DNA of 64,000 nucleotides from an uncultured Planctomycetia bacterium (GTDB lineage Bacteria; Omnitrophota; Gorgyraeia; Taenaricolales; CAZCCH01): NCBI GenBank assembly GCA_964497315.1, contig CAZCCH010000005.1, positions 1,885 to 65,884 of the forward strand, read 5' to 3'. Shown piece by piece: positions 16,808 to 28,800 of this stretch (position 1 is its first letter; each line of letters starts with the position of its first letter). The notes under the pieces were generated by a model. It saw only the letters and a program-made list of their open reading frames with translations, ran no database searches and was not told where the DNA came from. The position numbers and the translations under genes were made by a program.

Positions 16808-19800
16808 TTATATATTTCGCTTAAATTCCTGAATGACTTTTAACTCTTGAAGTTTCTCTAATGTAGCCTCAAGTATAACATGGGCCTCTGTGACAAATGG
16901 CACAAGGAGTGCCTCTTTTGCTTCTTGAGCGGAGGTTGCTATATAACGTACGATTTGTGCACCTTGTGAGTAAAGCCACAACCCGGCATCTCTTGCTGAA
17001 TCAAATACCTTGATAGTTTCATCATCAGGTAGGGTTTCGTTAAGCTCGGCTATTAGGCCTCTGTAGCGCGTGTCTGAAGAAGGAACAACTGCAGCAACCA
17101 ACACACCTTCAGCAAAATGATCCCTAATACTAGCTACACCTTCAGCTAAAGAAGATGGACCGAGTATTATGCCTGTAGTTACATCAAGAGAGGTTTGACC
17201 GATTATTTCATCAGTTAAGGTTTCGGTTTCAGTGAAACGAGAGGGATCTATCTCAGCTGGAAGATAATAGTTAAATAATATCGGAAAGTAATTTGATTCC
17301 TCCCAATCATAAGTTGCGCTATGCAATGTGAAAGGAAACCTGAAGGGTTTCCCGGTATTCCGCAGGGCCATAAAGATGTTGTAGACATTATTTGGAATTA
17401 GGCTAAGCGAGGGTTCAGTTGACGATAACTTCAATAAGGCTTCATACATAGCCTCTCTTTTAAATTCCTCAGAAGCAGTTGTCCTATAATCAACCGGCTC
17501 CACGTTTGCATAAACAACTCCCCCAACCCTCAATGACTTTCTCAGGCGTTCTAATGTTTTGAATTTATCATGAAAGTATTGCGCTGTCTTACGGCAAACG
17601 ATAATTACATCAAAGCCCTCACTCAAATCATCCTGTAGTAGTTCATCTTCTTCTACATTTACTGGATAACAACGTTGTTTTATTTGTTCTAAATACCCTT
17701 CTATTTTACGCGGGGTTACATGAGATAGGCCTGAGACCATTAAACATTGTCTTACAGCCGTATCAAATTCAAAAGTAAGATCCGGTTCTTTATTGTACGA
17801 ATGGATTTCAACAGAATCTTCAAAGAGATCCATAATGCTTATTGCCGTAAGCCCTCCAGCGTCTCCTACCAATAAAACCCTTACAGGCCTTCCCAATTCT
17901 TCATGCTGCAACCTGATTTCATCGGATATGTTGTTACTGAATAACATGTCCATGTTACTAAAAGAATCTGCTAAATTATCATCTGTGCGATATGGATGTC
18001 TTCCACGCACTGGTAACAGGTTCAGGGCCAAAAAAGCATCTGCCAATGGTAATGATGCCTCCAATGCGGGTTGTTCTTTATAACGTGAAAAAACTAATTT
18101 GGCGTAATCTATAGTATCTAAAGAATTATCTACATTTCCATCAAAAGGTAGGCCAGTTAATTGGCCTATTTTCTCTAGCACAGTTAAAGCCCAAGCATAT
18201 CTATCGCTAGCGCTTAGTTTAACAATCTTGTTCCCACTCAAAAGGCTTCTGCTTAATGCTGAATCCTGAGCGCCGAGGAGTGGATTTTCCACAAAGCGGG
18301 CGGGGCCAAATCCAGTGCCCCTATCTTCTTGCCAGTAGGGATTTTTCACATTAATATACCGGCTGTTAACCTGTCTTATCTGGCCACTGCGCAACAACAT
18401 TTCAATTACATCCTTTGTTTCTGCTTCGCTATATGCCATACCTAGATTGTCCTCATTCAATAACTCTCCTGTGTCCATGGGGTGATCTGTGGATAGAAGA
18501 GATTGCCTTATGTAAAACAGCAAAGCAGTTTTTCTATTCCAGCTTTTAACTGGTCTGGATGCATCAAATTCAGCAAGTCCGACTTTCTCTGCGATAGCCC
18601 TGCCTGCGCGACTCATTGGCAAACATTGAAGCAAAGGTTGAGTTAAAGGTGTTTCGTGGGTCAAATACCCAGCTCCTATTGCAAAATCGATAGCTGCCTT
18701 ATATAGCTCCATTCCAACGCCGCGCAATTCAGGATTGTTTTTATCTCTGTTTTTCGGGGATATTTCAATAGTTTTCATTTTAATAGTACCTGTACCGTCA
18801 ATTATAATTGTGTAGGAGCCATCGACTATACTATCGTCATTTCTTGTGGCTACAATAATATATTTGCGTCGGTTAGCCTCTAAGGCATAATCGCATCCTT
18901 CCCGAATCCCAAGAAATACTTCTTTGTTGCTATAAAGCTCCTCTCGACTCCAACCAAACCTACCCTGCCTTATCTTTTCGAAATTTGGATCAAGACGTGT
19001 TAGTTGTTTTATAGTTATTTTTTCAGGCTGGTTCTCGCGTTGATTCAACACCAATACTTCACGAGGCTGTATTGCATCACCTTTTATTTCCGTAAAGCGA
19101 GAGGGAACAGCAGTCGAATTTTCAATTGCATCCAGGAAGGCTTCCAGGCCGGTAGGATGGATACCTATAATCTCAATAATTCCGGTCCCCTGATTGCTTA
19201 CATGTCTTTCGTTGCATAATACAAATGGTAATTCTGTGGGACTCCATTTGGATGCTATATCATCAGTCATTAACTCCCGGACAGTTACAATTCTGGCATT
19301 AGGAGGTAGGAAGACAGGTGCGATATTGCCTCCCAAGTTCACTATTTCTTTCAAGGGGTCAATGATAAACCGGCTGCCAGGTTTGGCGAATACCTCAATT
19401 AAATTAGAGACAGCTATATAAATTTTAACAAGGTTTTGTATGCGGGATATCAATTCATGCGATAACTCTGTAATTATACCTTTTGTTAAAAGCCCATTTT
19501 TAGCTAAATTATTCATCATGTGGGGTGAATAACGATGGACAAGGTAATCGGCTTTTGTACCGAAAACCTTTACTATGTCAACAAGACCTTTTCTGTTGAA
19601 CGCATTGCCTTCATGGACTTGCATAGATACATCAATGCCATGCTCTTTTTTATAGGACGAGGACGTCTTTTTAAATATCGGTTTTGCATTTTTTAAAACT
19701 AGCTCATCTGGATCTATTCCAACAACCTGAATTTGCCATTCTTTTGCAGCTTCAGCCCCAACAACCTCTTTCAGAATTTCAACAGAAGACCTTACAAGTT

Positions 19801-22800
19801 GCAGTGTTTCTCTGGGAACGAGGCCTAGCCCAACTACGCAATAAGCCAGGTTTTTTTCTTCTCCGGATTCCAATTTTTTATTTATTAGCCTTCTTAAGTC
19901 CTCTCGTATTAAATCTAATTGCAGTGCGTTTTGGAGCAGTTTGGATGAGCTGTCAAATGCACGTACCTTGCGGACACTATTAGAGCTTAATGATATTTGA
20001 CCCAATATCTCAGATTCCCCACCCGAAAATCCCAATTTTCTCAATTCATTCATCAGGGCTTGTCTTTCATCAGCAGGTATGATTTCCATTAATGTTGGGT
20101 AAGCGGGGACGGGAGAAATTTCAGCAAAACTTGAGCTATCATCCAGCTTTTTATAGGGATTTACTGAAATATCCCCAAGGAATATATTTATATCTTCAGG
20201 ACTAAAATCAACAGGGGGTTTTTCAGACATATGCACAAAATATGGGTGCTTAGTTTCTATAGCTGTTGCCTCATCATCAATGTCATCTAAGCTATGTCCA
20301 GACTTATCTTTTTGAGCCCATAATGTGGGATATTCATCTTTTCTATCAAGATCAATACCTAATTTTTTTGCAGTTTCTGGTTTGTTTAAGGCAGTCCTTT
20401 CAGCAAGTTCAATTGCTAACTTCATAAGATGATATCTTTCTTCTTTTGAAACCTCCATAGATGCAATTTGTTGCATATTTTGTTTTATTGTTTCAGGGTC
20501 TTCATAAATTGTATCAGGCCTATCTTGTTTTGTGATTAATTCAGCTTCAAGCCAGCTTTCAACATCTTGTTTTATTAATTCAGCAAACCTGCTAGAACCC
20601 TCTTCGACTTTATCAGAAGAACTATCCAAAGGTATATAGAAACTAAAGGTAGTCCAATGGTCATCGAAACTGACTTCCATATCACCATTGCGGTTCTTTG
20701 CAAATCTACGCAGAAGAAAAATTCCACCGCCCAGGGCTGATAATTGAAGTGCACCGATTTTCAATACACCTTCTAGCTCGTGGTGTTTTTCTATACCTCC
20801 AAACAAACTAAAATCAACTGCTTTTTCTGGATGTTCGAGTAGCCCATCTCCGCTATCTGCAAGTGCTAGTTTTTTTTCTATCTTCGCCTTTAATTCTCCA
20901 GGATGACTATTATTACTTACTTCAAGATGTAATGTTCCACCTTCAAGTCTTAAGGCCATCCTCAACCTTGTTTCCCTAATGCCATCCATTATTTGTTTAT
21001 GTATTGCCTCTAAGGTTACAAGTCCTTGCTCATAACACTCCTCTAATTCATCTATCCGGTATCTACCATCGGTATTTTCTTTGATGAGTTTTGCTATATT
21101 AAGATTAGACCGTGCACAAAGGCCATTTTTACCAATTTCTTCAAAGAAATACTTGGCTAGCTGCTCACGATCATCTATTATGACTATATCGTCTCTTACC
21201 TGCCTGCATAAATTAAAGAAGGCTTTCATCTCTTTAGCAGTTTTATCTATACCATCAGCAATTGCCAAAGGATTATGACGGTAGGTACTTAAGTTCCATA
21301 CAAGGCGATTAGGTAAGAATTCTGCAATAGCAGTTTTGTGTTTTGCAAGCTCTTCATTTAATTTATTACTTTCTAGGATATGAGCTAATGCTATAGCTGT
21401 TCTTTGTTGTAATTGTTCATCTTCATTTTGCAATAAAGGCACTATGGCAACAATAGTCTTATCTGTTGCATACCAGACTAAGGCGTCAACAAGCTCTGAT
21501 GCTATTTGTGGGTTGTTTCTTTCTTTTGCTAAAGCGCTATGCAAGCTATTTCCTGCACCTACTAGAAGAATAGGCGCTTCTTCTGAAAGACCATCTATCT
21601 GACCCAAATCAGATAGGGCATCTATACAAGTTATTTTATCAATATCTCCAGCTGGCAATGAGACCAGTTCTTTTCTTAGGACAGTAACTGCTGTTTGAAG
21701 AGAGCGAAGAGGTATATATCCACTAGTTGTAGTGCTAAATCTTTCTCTGCGAGTTTTATCTGCATAAACAAGTCCTGCAGCTGCATTCATGCAAACAGTA
21801 TTGTCAGGATCATGTAATAAGCTTATTAAGGTATCTATAGCCTCTTTGGCCATGTCTACATCTTGTTGGTAAGCATGGGGGATTTCCCCATCAACTAATA
21901 CACTGGTTAGCCATTCTATGGCGAGAATTCTTTCTGGTTTGTATCTTTCATCTCCATGCGGGGTAGTAGCTAAGAAAATAGATGCATTAATATTATCGAT
22001 TATTCTAAATGGATTTCGTTGGCGAGTCTGAAAATCATCAACTTCACTGAACCTAGCTTCTTCTGTAGTAGAGTCATCTACTGGGGGACCATTTTCAAAA
22101 CTTTCTCTTGTTAAATTTGGATATAAGCCACCATTAAATGTGCCTCTAAAAATTAAACCAAGCAAGGCCTCGCGTATATCCCAATGCAAGCATTTACCTT
22201 GCAGATAGTAGCTTTCAGAGATTTCAGGAAATTTTTCTATAAAGCCCCAATGGTCACTTACGTGCCACTTTGCTTCCTTGTAAGAACGGTCATCCAGCAA
22301 TGCATCCATTACATCTACTAGTAATAAGATTTCACAAAGACGACGCAATCTTGCATCTTTAATTCTTTCAGGATGATGGTGGTTTCTTATGAGGGTTTTT
22401 ACATCATCAGAGACATTAATTCCTAATATTTCAAGTAATTCCACAGAGAAACCAGCATGCTTATCTATTAATTGCCTTTCAGGATCATCGGGATCCTCTG
22501 ATACAACCTTACTTGAGAAAACCAACTTCCATAAGTTTCTTCGATATAGTTTTCCAATATCATGCAAGGCCGCTGCAGCATCTAAAACCTTTCGGTCTGG
22601 TTCATCTACTTTTAATTCCTCAGCAAGTGTTGCTGCATCAATTCTTACTCTTTGAATATGATCTAATAATGGAGTGATACTTCCTGAGAGTTTTCGTGAA
22701 GAATGAAGCTCTGTGTAAACTGTTTCTATATCAACGTTGCTTACGATTTTAGCAAGTTCATGTCGCAGAGGAGGTCTGATTTCTGAAAAGCGAACAGGGC

Positions 22801-25800
22801 CATATGAAGCTATATTAGGAAATATAGACTGAAATCTTTTGCTAACATCTGCCATTGAATTACATTCCCCTTGTTTCATATCATATATGAGGCTTGCAAG
22901 GTGTGCCATCTGTTGGGCCGAAGGAGTTTTTTTAACTCTAGCATTTTGCAACTCTTCCTCAGCAGTTTCGAGTGTATCTGGTATTTCTGTGTCAGGACCA
23001 AGTAATATCTGGTAAGCCACTAATGCTAAATCTTGGATATCGTAAAGAGTTTTTTCAATATTTCTTAATCCGGTATGGCGTACTTGGGTTACATCATTAG
23101 CGCTTACAAAAGAACCGTGGCCATAGCCCGGATCAATTATCTTGGGATAACCCTGGCTATCCAATAATATATTTTTTCGCAGCAAGGAGAGATCTCCATG
23201 GAATACCTTTTTATCATGAAGGAAAGCTATGCCTTCGAAAACTTGAGCGATAATCCATAGTCGCCTGTTTAGGCCAGGCATTTCTGGAAGTGCCTCAATT
23301 AGAGATGGACCGTCTACATATTCCAATTCGTGATATGTTAGCTTTTCACCTGTGCCAGAGGTAGAAATTGTTCCTGCGGTGATAATATTAACCAATGCAG
23401 GAGGGGCCCCATTCATTTTAGCAATTAGGCCTTTTGCAATCTGGAGATTTTCTATTTTAGAGTGCCCCTCACCTTTTTCTATCCTAACTGCTACCTGAAA
23501 GTTCTCTCCTTTTTTAGGATCAACCGCACGATAGACATACGTATGGCCTCCGAATCCTATCTGTTCTTCGATAATCAATCCACGCCTAGCCAGAGGCAAA
23601 TAGATCCTTCTCCAGAAATTTACATCTTGAATGCTTTGCGTACCCATATCGCCCTGTTTTTTAGGACACTTTGCATTTTGCATACCAAATTTCCACCTTG
23701 ATGCTCCATCTTCTGAAAAGCGGGCAGCTTGTTTTTCTATGTCCCAAACTATGCTATCAGATGGCACAAAATACCTAAGTCTAGTTTTAGCGGGTCTTTT
23801 TATTTCTAGGCCTTGCGTTTTTAAATTATCCCTTAACGCCTCTATATCGAATACGCCATATCTAACATTCCATTTTGCCCAATCAACAAGCTCTTTGTTG
23901 GGATACAAAATAATGAGCCTACCGCCTTCTTTAAGCCTTTTAGATAAACTTGCTAAGAGTTTTTTAATAAAAGTAAATTGCTCATCATATGTATTTGGAT
24001 CAGTGCCATATATGGGTGTTGGGAAAAGAGGCGGATGACAAAGAATGAAATCAAATTTTTCATCATCAGATAAGCATTCATCAAAATCCCCTTGTCTTAC
24101 CTCCATTCTATCTTGCAGGCCTGCTTGTTCAACATTATACTTTGCATCTTCACAAGCGGTTTCTTTTATATCTGTAGCAACGACATGCCCACCTTCTCCA
24201 GCAGCATACATTCCAAGCACGCCAGAAGCGGTACCTAAATCCCATATGTCTTTACCTGCCAAATCTATTCTGTTTGTTTTTAAGTATGCTATAATTTTGT
24301 AACTTCTGGCAAGATAATCGTATGTCCCTTGAGAAATACGCAAGCTGTCACCTGTATACATATGCCTAACAGTTTTTGGTTGTATTTCTGAAAAGCGAGA
24401 AGAAGAGGATGCCTTCTTTTTGGCGGTTTTTTTCTTATTTCTTCCATTATCCCTATCGCGGGATATTCGTGCGCTATACCTTCGTATTGCTCTTATATGT
24501 TCGCTACTATATACTCTATGACCCTTTCTATTTGTAGGTATGTCTATTAACCCTTCTTCTTCCATTCTATCGGTGAGCTTGTTAACCCAGGTTTTTGTTA
24601 TGCCTAGTTTTCCTGCAGCTTGACTTGAAGTATATGTTTTTTTAGTTTTCTTGGGTTTTCTACGATACCACAATTCTCTATTAGGGGAAAGATCCCCAGT
24701 TTTTTTAAACCTATATTTTCTTAGACGAACATATGCTTGCTCAAGGGTTATCTTCCGTGGCAGGCTATCTTTATATAATGTGAAAGCGTCTGGTTTGTGT
24801 TGGTCTAGCATTTTATCAAAATCTTCTAATGCGTCTGCGTTTTCAGCTTCACTAAAACGAGAATGGGTAATATTAGGGGTGGTTTCTTGTATATCAAACT
24901 GTAGGGGTACGTCTTGTTCGCTAAATCGCGACAGGAGACCTTCGCGTTTGAGCAAGTCTCTATTAATATCTTCCTCACAACCTAAGGTCTTAAGGAGTTT
25001 CTCAATGGCTGTTTGTCTATCCGCATCAGTATATTTATCCATGGTCTTACGAATTGCATCTAAGGAAACCTTAGGATACTCATATTTTTCAAGGAATTCA
25101 GGAAACAGATCTGTTACGAAACTCCAGCGTTGTCTATAGCGGTCTATAAAATCCACAACCATCTGAAGAGTTCTTACTCTAGCAAGTGCCCGATCCAAAT
25201 TTGTCATATGGCCTTTTTTCTCAGCAGTAAAGTGCTCATTTAACTCTTGAAATAGCATCATGGTAATAACTGCTTCATGTTTATGGATATATCCTTTATT
25301 AATGGAGATTTTATATATAGCCTCAGAATCCCCCACCGTATCTTTTGAAACAAAACATGCTTCTTCGCTGTCACCATAATGAGGAGCTATAAATCCTGCC
25401 GGTATCATTTTTTCCTTTAAATCTAACAGGTAATCATTAAAACCAAAATAATACGCTACAGTATGAACTGCATGTGATCCCTTAGCTGTCCTTACCCTTG
25501 ACATATCTATATTGACTATCTCACGATCAAGCGTGGGCCTATTAGATGGGATGATTATACCCAGGCGTGGCATAAAGATAATGCCTTCGGGAGTTTGATC
25601 TGGACGGCCATCACCATCAAGGTCCATACACCTAAATTGTTCCTCCCTTTCGTGTGGAAATAGATATCTTGGATCTAGCGCCTTACCTCCTTGTGCTATC
25701 CAACGGGCTCTATTTTCTGCTACTTTTTCACGCACCCTTTTTTTAATGACTGGCCAAGGTAATTCTTGAGTTATGCCATCAATAATAATCCAGAATGTAT

Positions 25801-28800
25801 CAGGGTCATAATTAGCACTGGTGCTTGTTGTCGTTATAACAAACTGAGCAAGTGGAAACAGCACTTTAGCTGGACCCAAATAAGCCCTGGAGCTATCACA
25901 GGAGAGCATGCCTATTATCTGATGGCTGGCTTGTAACATATCTACATCAGGGGCGGTTTCAAGGGCGCGCACGAGGTTACCCCCCATACCAGTATGGCCA
26001 GAGTAAAACATCCCATGGACTTTTGGTTTACCGGCATGCTCGAAGATTTCCCCCCTGTAATTATTCGAATCCCCCCTAGGGTCAAAATATACAGTTACCT
26101 TTTTACCGTTGAGTGTAGTTTTGTATATAGTAACACCTCCGACTGTTTCTACAGATTTTGCATCTTGCATCTTTTTGTCAAATAACTCAACATAGCACTC
26201 AGAATTTAATGGTGCATAAAGCCATAAATTAAACTCTTGTTCTGGGTTTGTATCTTTATCAAAAATAACATCATAGGCAGGATTTGTTTGATTGGCCAAA
26301 AGCTTTTCCGCACACTCCATGGCGTGCGGTGCGTGCTCATCGCAATATTGCCTTTCTTTGTCACTAAAACCCTGGACTACACTGGCTATGCTTAAAAGAT
26401 ACAAAGACCTCTTAGTCCTATTTATTCCTTCTCGCGTAGGAATTTTATATAGCTCTCTTAAGTATTCAGCCTTTTGCTGAAGGGGTGTACCAGGTATTGA
26501 AAGCACATAAAGGACGATATTAAAATCTGCTGAATCTATAGATTTTGCTTGTCTGATTTGTTCAATAATTTTATTTAGCAAGCCCTTTAGAAGATCTTTC
26601 TTTGTTTTTAGTATTGGCCCTAATGCTTCGCGATTACCATAACGGCCAATAAATCCAAACAGCATCCTAAGACGATCCTCTCTCAAAAGATCCTGGTATT
26701 TTACAAAGACTTCAGTTAAGCCTCTAGCTGCAGATGCTGCAACATTTTCATCTATATCATTTACACCAGTATCTTCTGCAGTAAGTGCTGCCAGTGCTTG
26801 TCTGGCTAGGGTTGGAGTAACAGTACCAATTTTTCCAACAGCGGCTAGCGAACCCTTGCGTACATCTGCGTCTTTAGCTTTTATCTTTTTACTAACCTCT
26901 AGCATTGCCTGCTGGGCAAGCCTTGGATGCCTGCAAGCAATATTTCCAATACCCTCTGCTGCAATTTTAGCTATCCATGAATATTTATCGTCTATCCTTG
27001 TAAGAAGCATAGGGATGACCCTTGAGGCAAGTTCAGTGTGTGCTTGCCCAATTTCTCTAACAGCGCGCACGAGAAGAGAGTTTCCTTTGTATTCTTCAGT
27101 ATGCATTGCCCTGTTGAGTGCAGTCAGAGCCATAGAAGCATATTCAGCATGAGCTGTGCCGATAGATCCAATACCCCTAATCGCCTCCCTAGTAGTAGTA
27201 ACATCTTTTGTGTGAGACAATCTTCCAATAAGCATATGCAGGCTTCTTAATGCAAGTCCAGAGTGAGCCGTACCGATTCTAGCAATGTTGTATATTGTAG
27301 TTCTACGAACATATGTTTCTTCATGATTCATTCTTGGGGCAAGCAACTTAAGGGCTTGCTGTGCCATTTTACTATGGCCTCTACCTATAGAGGCAATTGC
27401 ATCTACCGCATTACGTGCGATATCTACATTTTCAGCATCCAAGCTAGGTGCTATTAGCTCTAAGGCTTGCGGGATAGACTCAGAACAAGTTGAAACTATT
27501 ACTCCGATTGCAGATATTGCATTTTGACGAATTTTTACATCCTCATCATTTATCGCTGGAACAAGCGCCTCTACAGCCATAAGGGCAATCTCTGACTTTG
27601 AATACCTGCTTATTCTTCTAATGGTAGCTATTGCACTTTCACGGATAGAGCGGTCACCATCATTTATTTTTGTACTAAGAAGCGTTAAGATTCGTTTCGC
27701 ATGAGGGTACTTGGCAATTTTTCCAACCGCAAAGACCGCAGCCCTGCGAACATGTACATCTTCATCATCTAACCTACTGCCAAGTACTTTTAAAGCTTGC
27801 AAGATGAGGTTGCGGTGGGTTTTAGCAATATCTCCTGCAGCATCTACTGCGCATCTACGAACGGAGGTATCTGTATCATTTATTACTGTATAAAGACTTG
27901 CCAAGGCCTGCCAGGCAAAGTCATAACTTGCGTCTTTAGAAGAAGCCCCCCTACCTAGGCCAATAGCTGCAAACCTACGAACAAATGGATTGCTATCATT
28001 TAATCCTATGCCTTGACCAGTAAGGATATCAAAGGCATCTTTCCCTCCTATAATACCAATAAAATAAGCTGCAACAGCACGAATTCCCCTGTTTTCATGA
28101 TATATTTTAATCATCTGACTTCTTAATATTCTCACAGCCAGGCGACCAAGTTTAGGTTTTGTATTTCGTATATTAAGAATTAAGTCTACGATTTTTTTGT
28201 AAGAAAGATAAGGTATGTTTTGTCTGTTTAAAAGTCTTCCAAGACCTAGTAGAGCCCAGTAGGCACGCCTAGGGTTTCTATCTGAGGTTGCTATCATTGC
28301 TAGTGTTTCTGCATCCTTTTTATTTATGAGTTCTTGTATTTCAGGGGGGAAGGTTACACCATCTGACGGTGCGGGTATAGCATATTGTAAGACCTCTGGG
28401 ATTTGCCTGAAGTAATACTCAGTTCGTTTGTGTTCGGCAATAAAATTGGCAGCTACAAGACCAGAGGTAAGTAATAATCTATTTAATAGTCTGTTACGTG
28501 TTGTTGCTGGTGGCGTTTCTTCTACAGAAGAAGAAAAGACCGAAGGCTTCTCAGCGTTCCTGTCGATTTGTTCCAGTGCATTTGCTCTTTTCAATCTATC
28601 ACGCGACATGCGCGTTACAATCTCATCTATTTCGTGTAAAGCGCGCATTTTTCTTCCAGTCATGCGAGAGGGTTTTTGTTGTGTGCTTGCAATTTGTGTG
28701 TGTCTGTCTGCAATTGGTCTTGCACTTTCAGTGGATTTTAAGTCAGAAGGAGCTGAGAATATAGACCGTGCTTCTGGATTTACTTGGCTAAGTTCAGCCA

